Position numbers and translations under genes: made by a program | Source: an uncultured delta proteobacterium | Lineage (GTDB): Bacteria > Desulfobacterota > Binatia > UBA9968 | Length of the DNA: 64,000 nucleotides | Direction: 5' to 3' | Assembly (NCBI GenBank): GCA_963727625.1 | Contig: CAVSHR010000008.1 | Location: forward strand, 1-64,000 | Notes under the pieces: generated by a model | Told to the model about the DNA's origin: nothing | Database searches by the model: none | Seen by the model: the letters and a program-made list of their open reading frames with translations, nothing else | Part shown: positions 54,122 through 64,000 of the stretch, one piece after another | How positions within the stretch are numbered: position 1 is the first letter of the stretch | How the letters are laid out: every line of letters starts with the position of its first letter

Positions 54122-54285
54122 CCGTTTGGCCTGTTATAATCAGGTGTATTAGCGCACTGCGGCGGCTCTTGCCAAAAGCGCTCGCAGCCGTCAATGCGTC
54201 CGGGTAGCCGCTTTGCCGTTCGTTTGGCTTCCACCTCTCGTATTTGATAAAAAGATGTTAAAGTCTTTTTCGCGCGAGGTGGAAA

Positions 54286-54630
54286 ATGAGTGAACGGGTC
54301 ATCAAGGGTTATCACGCCCATATCTATTATGATCCGGCGAAGACGAAGGACGCCGCAGCCCTTGTGCGTAGAGGATTGAGCGCCTTTAACGTTCAACTTG
54401 GCGGCTGGCACGACGAGGCGGTCGGGCCGCACCTCGACGCGATGTACCAGGCGATTTTTGCGCCCGAAGAGTTTGGCAAAGTCGTGCCGTGGTTGATGTT
54501 GCACCGTGAAGGTTTGTCCGTGCTGGTACATCCATCCACGGGGGACGGCTACGGCGATCATCTCGAGCGTTCTCTTTGGCTCGGACCGCGGCTGAAGCTC
54601 AACGAAAAGGCATTGCGGCGCGGCGCATAG
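54286..54630 (+). CDS. DOPA 4,5-dioxygenase family protein
   Basis: YHAHIYY, VGPH, WLMLHREGLSVLVHP and DH...WLG motifs. Confidence 0.9.
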   Translation: MSERVIKGYHAHIYYDPAKTKDAAALVRRGLSAFNVQLGGWHDEAVGPHLDAMYQAIFAPEEFGKVVPWLMLHREGLSVLVHPSTGDGYGDHLERSLWLGPRLKLNEKALRRGA

Positions 54631-54648
54631 GTTTCGCGGCGAAGACAA

Positions 54649-55014
54649 ATGAAGCGGCTTTATTGCGCCAAAGATCCACTAATGATCGGCCACTTGAAGA
54701 ATGTTTTGGCCACATTCGGCATCAAGTGCGTTGCCAGGAAGCTCGACCTTAACATCGGCGCGGGAGAGTTGCCGCCGATTGAGTGTTGGCCCGAGCTCTG
54801 GGTGGTCGACGATGAAAATTTGGCCCGAGCCAAGTCGATTCTCAAGAAAGCCCTGGCTCCGTTAGAGTCGGTGAAAAAACCTTGGCACTGTGCCGGCTGC
54901 GGCGAAACGATCGAGGGCCAATTCTCAGAATGTTGGAACTGCGGCCGGGACCGCTCCGGCCGCAAGCTGCTTCGATTGGTGCGACCGATTTCGTCGAGGA
55001 TCCGCAAACCATGA
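54649..55014 (+). CDS. DUF2007-like putative signal-transducing protein with zinc ribbon
   Basis: GELPPIECWPELWV and WHCAGCGE...FSECWNCG motifs. Confidence 0.8.
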   Translation: MKRLYCAKDPLMIGHLKNVLATFGIKCVARKLDLNIGAGELPPIECWPELWVVDDENLARAKSILKKALAPLESVKKPWHCAGCGETIEGQFSECWNCGRDRSGRKLLRLVRPISSRIRKP

Positions 55015-55081
55015 CTCGCTGGGATATGAGGCTTTCGGCTCGGCCGCAAGTCTTTCTCTTTTAATCTCTGTGGGGTTCATT

Positions 55082-55110
55082 CCCCGCAGCTTGCTGCGGG
55101 GTAGTTCATT
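55082..55110. mobile_element. Palindrome resembling an IS200/IS605 end or PATE-like remnant
   Basis: CCCCGCAGC-TT-GCTGCGGGG followed by TAGTTCATT. No transposase nearby. Confidence 0.45.
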
Positions 55111-55301
55111 CCGCTTCGCCGTTGCGCGCGACTTCTCCAGCCGCGCCCGCAAAGTCGATCGCGCCACAAAATTTGACGCGGTGAGACAGGGGTGTTAAAA
55201 CCAACGCCAATCGCCAATCATCCGGCTTAGAATCGGCCCGCCCCGACGGCCGCGTTCATCGAGCCGCTCGCTAGCCAAACGATTACGGTTGAGGAGATTT
55301 C

Positions 55302-56249
55302 ATGGAGTATCGCCAACTGGGTCAATCAGGCGTGCGCGTGTCCGTCGTCGGCCTCGGTGCCAATCGCTTCGGTTCGCCGGATATGCCGCAGGTCGAAGTC
55401 AACAAGGTCGTCGACGCGGCGCTCGACAGCGGCGTCAATTTCATCGATACGGCCAATGTCTACAACGAGGGCGGTTCAGAAGAAACTTTGGGCCATGCGC
55501 TCAAAGGGCGCATGGATAAAGTCGTGTTGGCGACGAAGTTTTCCTTTCCGCGCAAGACCAGCGCGAATAGTTGGGGCGCGTCGCGCTATCAGATGATGCA
55601 GGCGATCGAGCAAAGCTTGCGCCGGCTGCAGACCGATCACATCGCTCTGTACTACTGCCATCGCTGGGACGAAACCACGCCGATCGAGGAAACCCTGCGT
55701 GGTTTGGACGATCTGATCCGCATGGGCAAGATTGGTTACATCGGTGCCTCCGCCTATGCGTCGTGGCAACTCGCACACGCCAACGTGCTGGCGGAGCTCA
55801 AGGGTTGGAGTCGATTTGTGGTCATTCAATCCGAGTACAACATGTTGAAGCGCGAGGTCGAGCGCGAGGTTCTGCCCTATTGCCGCGCCCATCACGTCGG
55901 TTTTGTGCCCTACTATCCGCTGGCGGGCGGCTTTCTCACCGGCAAATACGAGATGGGAAAACCGCCTCCACCGGGTTCACGCGGCGAATCGGCGCGTGCG
56001 GTTCAAGAGCTGATGACCGAGAAAAACTATCATCTCGTCGCCAAGCTTTCCGCTTGGGCCAAAGATCACGGCCGCGGCATCAACGAACTGGCGCAAGCCT
56101 GGTTGTTGGCGCAACCTAGCGTGTGTTCAGTGATCACCGGGGCAAAGCGCGTCGATCATGTCACCAGCAATGTGAAAGCGGCGGACTGGCAGCTGAGCGT
56201 CGATCAGCTCAAGGAATTTAGAGCGATCCTGAAAGAGCGAAACAACTAA
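55302..56249 (+). CDS. Aldo/keto reductase
   Basis: IDTANVY, ATK, SLRRLQTDHI..YYCH and PLAGGFLTGKY motifs. Confidence 0.94.
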   Translation: MEYRQLGQSGVRVSVVGLGANRFGSPDMPQVEVNKVVDAALDSGVNFIDTANVYNEGGSEETLGHALKGRMDKVVLATKFSFPRKTSANSWGASRYQMMQAIEQSLRRLQTDHIALYYCHRWDETTPIEETLRGLDDLIRMGKIGYIGASAYASWQLAHANVLAELKGWSRFVVIQSEYNMLKREVEREVLPYCRAHHVGFVPYYPLAGGFLTGKYEMGKPPPPGSRGESARAVQELMTEKNYHLVAKLSAWAKDHGRGINELAQAWLLAQPSVCSVITGAKRVDHVTSNVKAADWQLSVDQLKEFRAILKERNN

Positions 56250-56332
56250 TGGCAAAGCGACAGCGAGTCCGGAAAAATTTTTCCGCTCAGCAAGCAAAAG
56301 AGCCATCTCTGCGCACTTTGAACATCCGGCAG

Positions 56333-56911
56333 TCAAATCATGAACGGCAGGCTTAGCTGCTCGATTTTTTGGCTGTGCGGCCGCGGTGTTTGGGCGAGCT
56401 TACGGAGCTCATCTTCGAGCCAGCGAATATACTGGCGCTGGGTGAGGCGTTTTGCGATGGCGGTGATGCAGAGCTCGCGCACCGATTCATTATAATCCAT
56501 CCAACGTTCGCGCATAATGCGCGGCATCTTAAGATAGGTCGGCGGATCGTCGCAGAAGAGCGGGTCGCGGGCGAGCGTCCAGATGTCGCATTGAGTTTCG
56601 CCGGACGGAATTCGGTCGGGATCGGCCACGCGCGGAACGGCATGATTGCCGCGGCCCAAGCCTTGGATCAAATGGGTCAGCTCGTGGCCGATGGTTTGAT
56701 AGGTGAGCTTGCGCACTTTGAGCCGAATGATCAGCCGCGAGATTATCCCTTTTCGGTAGATTACCGTGGCGCTGCCCAAATGTTTGCGCGTGTAGCCGAC
56801 GGTGACCGTAATATCTTGCAGTTCCGGAAAATAGCGCAGCGAGCGCTCGATCATTTCATGGGCGCGGCGGGTGAGCCGCTGTTTCATCAGCGGCGTGAGT
56901 CGGATTTGCAT
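56333..56911 (-). CDS. Hypothetical protein with HExxH motif
   Basis: TIGHELTHL motif. The ORF fills the gap between AKR and era. Confidence 0.6.
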   Translation of the reverse strand: MQIRLTPLMKQRLTRRAHEMIERSLRYFPELQDITVTVGYTRKHLGSATVIYRKGIISRLIIRLKVRKLTYQTIGHELTHLIQGLGRGNHAVPRVADPDRIPSGETQCDIWTLARDPLFCDDPPTYLKMPRIMRERWMDYNESVRELCITAIAKRLTQRQYIRWLEDELRKLAQTPRPHSQKIEQLSLPFMI

Positions 56912-56991
56912 CTGAGCGCTTGCTCGTCGAGAGTTGACCTTGAACGGCGAGTCGACAATGTCATAATACGGGTTCGCTCGGTGATTTAGTT

Positions 56992-57915
<924 letters not shown>

Positions 57916-59328
57916 ATGAAGGCCTCTAACTCGTTTGATCCGGCCCCCACGCGCAAGCGCGCAGTGGAACTGCCGATTGTTGCCATCGTCGGCCGGCCCA
58001 ACGTTGGCAAATCGACGCTGTTCAACCGTCTAATCCGCGAACGAAAAGCGATCGTCGACGATTTGCCGGGCGTTACCCGAGATCGGAACTATGCCGAAGC
58101 CGAGTGGGCGGAAAGAAAATACTTGCTCATCGACACCGGCGGCTTGGATTCAGACTCGGCCGATTTCTTGGAGAAGAGCGTGCAGGCCCAGAGCCGTCTA
58201 GCGGTTGCGGAAGCGGACTTCGTGGTTTTTCTCTTCGACGGCAAAGGCGGGTTGAATCCGCTGGACCGAGAAGCCGTCGATCAGCTACGCCGATCGCACA
58301 AGCCGCTGTTTTTTGCGGTCAACAAGCTCGACTCCCAGAGGCGGGAAGAAAATCTCTACGAGTTTTATGCCTTGGGCCTCGACCGTCTCTATTCGATTTC
58401 CGCGGAACATGGCCTCGGCATAGCTGATTTAATGGACGATATCGTCGCCGGTTTTCCACCGGAAGCGCCGAGCAGCGATGCAGCGGAATTGGAGACACCG
58501 GACGAAAATTCCAAACCGCTGCGAGTTGCCATCGTCGGCCGGCCCAACGTCGGTAAATCGACCTTGATCAATCGTTTGCTCGGTTTCGAACGTTCGGTGG
58601 TTGACTCGAAGCCGGGAACGACGCGGGATTCTCTGGATACGCCCTTCGAATTGTTAGGCGAGCCGTGCATTCTCGTCGACACCGCCGGGGTTCGCCGCAA
58701 GGCGCGCGTCGACGAGCGCATCGAACGTTTCAGCGTCAACCGCTCGCTTCGCGCCGTGGATCGCGGCGATCTGATCATTCACGTCATCGACGGCCCGGAA
58801 GGCGTCACCGATCAGGATGCGCAGCTGCTCAGCTATGCGGTGCAGCGCGACAAAGCGTTGTTCTTGGCGGTAAACAAATGGGATATCCTGGCGCAATGCG
58901 ACACCGATGCCGAGAAATATCGCGCGGAAGTCAATTACCGATTGTCATTCCTGGAGTTCGCGCCGATCGCCTTCATTTCCGCGGCGACCGGCTACGGCGT
59001 GCGCAAGATGTTACAGACCGCAGTGCGGGTGCTTAAAGCTTACGGCCGCAAAGTGTCGACTTCGGCCGTCAATCAGGCGCTGCAAAAGATCGTGCGGGCG
59101 CATAGCGCGCCATTGTCGCAGGGCCGCGCGGTCAAGTTTTATTATGGCACTCAGACCGGCACGCGACCGCCGACTTTTACGCTATTTGTCAATCGCCCCG
59201 CAGCGGTGCACGACAGCTATCAAAGGTATTTGATCCATCATCTGCGCGATCACCTGGGCTTTCAAGACACGCCGATTCGTCTCGATTTGCGCGCGCGCCG
59301 GGAAGAAAAACCAGGCACGCGGCGATGA
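57916..59328 (+). CDS. der: Ribosome biogenesis GTPase Der (EngA)
   Basis: Two tandem G domains (GRPNVGKS twice, DTGG/DTAG, NKLD/NKWD). Confidence 0.97.
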   Translation: MKASNSFDPAPTRKRAVELPIVAIVGRPNVGKSTLFNRLIRERKAIVDDLPGVTRDRNYAEAEWAERKYLLIDTGGLDSDSADFLEKSVQAQSRLAVAEADFVVFLFDGKGGLNPLDREAVDQLRRSHKPLFFAVNKLDSQRREENLYEFYALGLDRLYSISAEHGLGIADLMDDIVAGFPPEAPSSDAAELETPDENSKPLRVAIVGRPNVGKSTLINRLLGFERSVVDSKPGTTRDSLDTPFELLGEPCILVDTAGVRRKARVDERIERFSVNRSLRAVDRGDLIIHVIDGPEGVTDQDAQLLSYAVQRDKALFLAVNKWDILAQCDTDAEKYRAEVNYRLSFLEFAPIAFISAATGYGVRKMLQTAVRVLKAYGRKVSTSAVNQALQKIVRAHSAPLSQGRAVKFYYGTQTGTRPPTFTLFVNRPAAVHDSYQRYLIHHLRDHLGFQDTPIRLDLRARREEKPGTRR

Positions 59329-59828
59329 CGCCGCGCTGGCATATCGTCGCCGATGAGCGCGGCGTCATCGCCTTGAGCTTACAAAAAGAGGCTATCGCTA
59401 AACTAACCAAGCGCGGCGAAAATTTACGGGCGGCGCGCCGGCGTGCGGCTGCGGCAAGAGAATTGCGCGCCTACTTCGACGGTCGTCTGCGCTCATTCTC
59501 GGCACGTTACGACATCGGCGCGCTGCCGCCGTTCAGCCGAGCGGTATTAAATCTCACGGCCAAGATTCCTTACGGCGAAACCAGAAGTTATCAGTGGCTC
59601 GCGCGTCGTTTGGGGCGGCCGCGGGCCGCGCGCGCGGTGGGCAACGCGCTGGCGCGCAATCCGCTGCCGATTATAATTCCTTGCCATCGCGTGGTGCGTG
59701 TTGACGGCAGTTTCGCCGCCTTCGTGCTCGGTTCCGGTTGGAAAAAAAGATTACTTTGTTTGGAAAGAAAGTTTTGTAAAAACAAAAACTTTGCAGGAAA
59801 ATTCCACCCTGCTTCCAAGCCTACTTGA
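59325..59828 (+). CDS. ogt: Methylated-DNA-protein-cysteine methyltransferase
   Basis: IPYGETRSY, ARAVGNA and active-site PCHRV. Confidence 0.9.
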   Translation: MTPRWHIVADERGVIALSLQKEAIAKLTKRGENLRAARRRAAAARELRAYFDGRLRSFSARYDIGALPPFSRAVLNLTAKIPYGETRSYQWLARRLGRPRAARAVGNALARNPLPIIIPCHRVVRVDGSFAAFVLGSGWKKRLLCLERKFCKNKNFAGKFHPASKPT

Positions 59829-59938
59829 GCGCTCGTTCTAGCCTTCGGCGGAAAATTGCCTTATCATCTTCTCCTTGTCTTTTCGGCGCCGCGTAAGATC
59901 TTCGATCCGCGCGCCGGTTTGACAAAACCTAAACGAGT

Positions 59939-61096
59939 ATGGTTGAGGGATCGTTACCTTTGGCGAAAGGATTGACGTTGGCCATGCCGGTGCGCGACGG
60001 ATATACGCCCTGGCTCGCCCTGGGGCGGGTGAAAGGGCTGGGTGGCATAGGCTTTAAAAAGCTTACGGCGCATTTTGCCGACCCCAGTGGAGCGTTATTT
60101 GCGTCCGCGGCTGAGCTCGAGCAAGTCGATGGCTTGCATCGCGACGTTATCGACGGGCTAGCCAATTTTGCCGATTGGGACGAAGTCGAGGATGAATTGC
60201 GCCGGACCCGCGATGCCGGCATCGACATCGTGCGGTTCACCGATCCGAGCTACCCGGAGCGCCTGCGCGCGATCCCCGACCCGCCGCCCTGCCTCTATTT
60301 AAAGGGGGTGCTGGCGGCCGAAGACGATAAAAGCGTGGCGATCGTCGGCTCACGCAGCGCCAGCGACTACGGCCGGCGCGTGGCGCGCGATCTTGCACGC
60401 GGTTTGACGTCTCTCGGATTCACTATCGTCAGCGGCATGGCGCGGGGCATCGACGGCGTGGCGCATGAAAGTGCGCTGCAGGCGGGAGGGCGGACCATCG
60501 CGGTGTTGGGATCCGGCGTTGAACGAGCCTATCCGCCGGAGCATGAAGGACTGTATCGCCGCATCTGCGAGCGAGGCGCGGTCATCTCTGAGTTACCGAT
60601 CGGTACGCGTCCGATGGCCTTTAATTTTCCGGCGCGCAATCGTTTGATCAGCGGTTTATCCCTGGGTGTGGTGGTGGTCGAAGCCACGGAAAAGAGCGGT
60701 TCTTTGATCACCGCGGCCTTGGCTGTGGAACAGGGCCGGGAGGTCTTTGCCGTGCCCGGCGAAGTCGGCGCGAGCCGCAGCCGCGGCGCGCACCGGTTGA
60801 TTCGTCAAGGGGCCAAACTGGTCGAGAGCGTTGACGATATCATCGAAGAGGTTGCGCCGCAGTTAGTTCGCCGCACGGGCGGCGTCGCGCAGCCTGTGGC
60901 GCGTGTGTTGCCGGCGAACGCGGCCGAAGGCGCGCGAAAAATATTTGCATTACTGCAAGAAAATTCCTTGCAAGTGGATCAGGTGATCGAGCGAAGCTGT
61001 CTGCCGCCCGCGCAGGTGCTCGAAATTCTTTTAGACCTGGAATTGCAGGGTTTTCTGCGACAGGCGCCGGGAAAAGTGTATTCGGTGGAAAGATAA
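59939..61096 (+). CDS. dprA: DNA-processing protein DprA
   Basis: AIVGSR, VSGMARGID, FPARNRLISG and VFAVPG motifs. Confidence 0.96.
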   Translation: MVEGSLPLAKGLTLAMPVRDGYTPWLALGRVKGLGGIGFKKLTAHFADPSGALFASAAELEQVDGLHRDVIDGLANFADWDEVEDELRRTRDAGIDIVRFTDPSYPERLRAIPDPPPCLYLKGVLAAEDDKSVAIVGSRSASDYGRRVARDLARGLTSLGFTIVSGMARGIDGVAHESALQAGGRTIAVLGSGVERAYPPEHEGLYRRICERGAVISELPIGTRPMAFNFPARNRLISGLSLGVVVVEATEKSGSLITAALAVEQGREVFAVPGEVGASRSRGAHRLIRQGAKLVESVDDIIEEVAPQLVRRTGGVAQPVARVLPANAAEGARKIFALLQENSLQVDQVIERSCLPPAQVLEILLDLELQGFLRQAPGKVYSVER

Positions 61097-61138
61097 GGTT
61101 AGACAACATTCGGAACTTCCAGAAACGAGCTTAAAATT

Positions 61139-63451
61139 ATGGCAGCGAAAAATCTGGTCATCGTTGAGTCACCCGCCAAGGCGAAAACCTTGGAGAAATA
61201 TTTGGGGCGTGACTTCCAAGTCAAAGCTTCGGTTGGGCATGTCGTCGATTTGCCGAAAAGCAAGCTCGGCGTCGACGTCAAAAAAGATTTTGCGCCGGAC
61301 TTTACGGTTATTCAGACGAAGAAAAAGGTCATCGACGATTTAAAAAGAGCGGCAAAGGGCAAGGAAAACATTTATCTCGCTTCGGACCCGGACCGCGAAG
61401 GCGAAGCTATAGCCTGGCACATCGCCGGTCAAGTGGTGAAGAATCACAAGCGCGTGCACCGCGTGCTGTTCAACGAAATCACCAAGAAAGCAGTGCAGGA
61501 CGCGATCGCCAATCCGCTCGAGCTCGATCGCAACAAATTCGATGCGCAGGTGGCGCGCCGGGTGCTCGACCGTTTGGTCGGCTACAAGATCAGCCCCCTG
61601 CTCTGGAACAAGGTCCGGCGCGGTCTCAGCGCCGGGCGGGTGCAGTCCGTGGCGGTTCGCTTGGTCTGCGAGCGGGAAAAGGATATTCGCGCTTTCGAGC
61701 CGGTGGAGTACTGGTCTTTGACCGCGCTCTTGGAAGGGCGCCTGCCGCCGTCGTTCAAAGCCAAGCTGGCGCAGTGGAAAGGCCAGAAGGTCGACAACAA
61801 AAAATTTCGCCTGGAAAACGACGAGACGGTCCAGGGAATCATCAAATCCCTCGACGGCGCGTCTTGGGTCATTGGCGAGGTTGAAAAAAAAGAGCGGCGT
61901 CGCTTTCCGACACCGCCGTTTGTGACCAGCAAACTACAGCAGGAAGCAGCGCGCAAGCTCGGCTTTCAGCCCAGGCGCACCATGCAGTTGGCGCAGCAGC
62001 TCTATGAAGGCATTGAGTTGGGCGACGAGGGCTCGGTGGGCTTGATCACCTATATGCGCACGGATTCGACGCGGATTTCCAACGACGCGCTCGACGCGGT
62101 GCGCAAACATATTCAAACTCAGTACGGAAAAAATTACGTGCCGGGCAAGCCCAATACGTTTCGCTCCAAGAAAGGCGTGCAGGATGCCCACGAGGCGATT
62201 CGCCCGACCTCGCTGGAATATACGCCCCAGCGCGTGCGCCGATATTTGCGGCGTGACATGTTCCAACTTTATGCCCTTATTTGGGATCGGTTTGTGGCCA
62301 GCCAGATGGTTCCGGCGGTGTACGATCAAACCGCCTTCGATATCTTGGTCAAAGAAGCGCTGTTTCGCGCCACCGGCCAGCAAATCAAGTTCGATGGTTT
62401 CATGAAAGTTTATACAGAAGGGCGCGACGAGCGCGCGGCGCAGGCCAACGGCGAGGATGACGACGACGAGGCGCAGGATTTGGACGGCGTGCTGCCGGAT
62501 TTGCACAAGGGCGACGCTTTGAAGCTCCTGTCCATGGAGCCGCGCCAGCATTTCACCCAGCCGCCGCCGCGCTACACTCAGGCTTCGTTAATCAAAGAGC
62601 TCGACGAGAACGGCATCGGCCGGCCATCGACCTACGCGGCGATTATCACCAACATTCTCGACCGCGAATACGTGGCGCAGAACGAAGGCCGCCAGCTGGT
62701 GCCCACCGACTTGGGATTTCTTGTCACCGATCTTTTGGTCGAGAGCTTTCCCGACATTCTCAACGTCGAGTTTACCGCGAGCATGGAAGACGAACTCGAC
62801 AAGATCGAAGACGGCAAGGAAAAGTGGACCAAGGCGATGAAACGGTTCTACACGCCGTTCGAGCGCGATCTCAAGAAAGCTGAGAAAGAGATGCGCGACG
62901 TCAAGCGTCAGGAAGTGCCGACGGACATCGACTGCGACAAGTGCGGTGCCAAGATGGTCATCAAGTGGGGGCGCAACGGCGAGTTTCTCGCCTGCCCACA
63001 ATATCCCGAGTGTAAAAACACCAAAAATTTCATACGCAGCGAGACCGGCGAAATAGAAATTGCCGCGGAAGAAGAGGTCAACGAAGCCTGCGGAGAGTGC
63101 GGTCGGCCGATGCTGTTGCGCTGGGGCAAGTTCGGTAAGTTTCTCGGCTGCAGCGGCTATCCCGAATGCAAGAACATTCAACCCTTGGAAAAGCCGGTGG
63201 ACCTTGGCATCAAATGTCCGGAGTGTACAGTAGGCAACATCAAGGAAAGAAAATCGCGCTGGGGTAAGGTGTTTTACGGCTGCGATAAGTATCCCGAATG
63301 CAAATTCGCGTCCTGGGATAAACCCATGTCGACGCCCTGTCCCGACTGCGACAGCCCGATCCTTGTCGAGAAGGTGACCAAGCGCAACGGTCGCACCCAT
63401 CGCTGCTATAAAAAAGAGTGTGGTTACTCGATCCAAGTCGCCGAGCAGTAA
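61139..63451 (+). CDS. topA: DNA topoisomerase I
   Basis: VIVESPAKAK, DPDREGE, ITYMRTDS and C-terminal zinc ribbons. Confidence 0.98.
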   Translation: MAAKNLVIVESPAKAKTLEKYLGRDFQVKASVGHVVDLPKSKLGVDVKKDFAPDFTVIQTKKKVIDDLKRAAKGKENIYLASDPDREGEAIAWHIAGQVVKNHKRVHRVLFNEITKKAVQDAIANPLELDRNKFDAQVARRVLDRLVGYKISPLLWNKVRRGLSAGRVQSVAVRLVCEREKDIRAFEPVEYWSLTALLEGRLPPSFKAKLAQWKGQKVDNKKFRLENDETVQGIIKSLDGASWVIGEVEKKERRRFPTPPFVTSKLQQEAARKLGFQPRRTMQLAQQLYEGIELGDEGSVGLITYMRTDSTRISNDALDAVRKHIQTQYGKNYVPGKPNTFRSKKGVQDAHEAIRPTSLEYTPQRVRRYLRRDMFQLYALIWDRFVASQMVPAVYDQTAFDILVKEALFRATGQQIKFDGFMKVYTEGRDERAAQANGEDDDDEAQDLDGVLPDLHKGDALKLLSMEPRQHFTQPPPRYTQASLIKELDENGIGRPSTYAAIITNILDREYVAQNEGRQLVPTDLGFLVTDLLVESFPDILNVEFTASMEDELDKIEDGKEKWTKAMKRFYTPFERDLKKAEKEMRDVKRQEVPTDIDCDKCGAKMVIKWGRNGEFLACPQYPECKNTKNFIRSETGEIEIAAEEEVNEACGECGRPMLLRWGKFGKFLGCSGYPECKNIQPLEKPVDLGIKCPECTVGNIKERKSRWGKVFYGCDKYPECKFASWDKPMSTPCPDCDSPILVEKVTKRNGRTHRCYKKECGYSIQVAEQ

Positions 63452-63592
63452 ACACGGTCGCACCGCTTGAGCGGCTATTCCACAGGGGGGCTCTGATCGA
63501 TGGCCGACGTCGAAGCTTAGTCGAGGAATTTCATTCGTGCCGCGGCGAGGCTCGCCGCAGCACGCTGGATTCGGACGATTCGTTCTCATTCC

Positions 63593-64000
63593 ATGAAAAA
63601 TATCGCTCGCGTTATCGGAGGTGGGTTAGCCGGAGCCGAAGCGGCCTGGCAACTCGCCCGCCGCGGGGTTGACGTCGAGTTATTCGAGATGCGCCCGCAG
63701 CAGAAGACCGAAGCTCACGCTACCGCCAATCTCGGAGAGCTGGTGTGTAGCAATTCTCTGCGTTCGGATTCATTGACCGCCCCGGCCGGTTTATTGAAAG
63801 CGGAAATGCGCCAGCTCGATTCCCTAGTCATCCGCTGTGCTGAAGCCCACCGTGTCCCGGCTGGCTCGGCTCTTGCGGTGGATCGTGACGGATTTAGTAC
63901 CGCCTTGACGCATGCGGTGAAAGCGTTGACGGGTGTGCGGCTCATCCGGGCCGAAGTTCAAGAGATTCCTGAGGATGGCATCGTGATTCTCGCCACCGGG
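63593..64000 (+). CDS. trmFO: tRNA (uracil-5)-methyltransferase TrmFO, 3'-partial
   Basis: Hand translation gives VIGGGLAGAEAAWQLA..ELVCSNSL..VPAGSALAVDR. Standard position after topA. Confidence 0.93.
   Translation, partial: MKNIARVIGGGLAGAEAAWQLARRGVDVELFEMRPQQKTEAHATANLGELVCSNSLRSDSLTAPAGLLKAEMRQLDSLVIRCAEAHRVPAGSALAVDRDGFSTALTHAVKALTGVRLIRAEVQEIPEDGIVILATG

Noticed and set aside
62588-63589. Long antisense ORFs (e.g. 62588-63589, 3724-4518, 9594-10469, 37629-38456)
   Set aside because: These are typical high-GC antisense shadows of well-supported genes.

Overview
A GC-rich bacterial chromosomal window of mostly housekeeping genes. Gene content and style suggest a deltaproteobacterial-grade lineage such as Candidatus Binatia; this is inference. 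It contains: UbiD/UbiA quinone genes, amgK-murU-like peptidoglycan recycling genes, a split glutaminase + nadE NAD synthetase, rsmI, a sigma-54 two-component system, ligA, an Opp/Dpp transporter split by a ~12 kb accessory block, greA, a six-gene MoxR/DUF58/VWA cluster, era-der-ogt-dprA-topA-trmFO, and several decayed membrane glycosyltransferase genes. Two small genes missing from the ORF track are the best finds. (1) A 74-aa glutaredoxin-like selenoprotein (9230-9454, minus strand) with two in-frame UGA codons, each followed by a SECIS-like hairpin, ending U-E-V-stop, directly upstream of amgK-murU. (2) A 46-aa secreted peptide gene (15607-15747) with a near-consensus sigma-54 promoter, strong RBS and perfect terminator, divergent from a sensor kinase/sigma-54 activator pair. 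I saw no tRNA, rRNA, CRISPR array or intact transposase.
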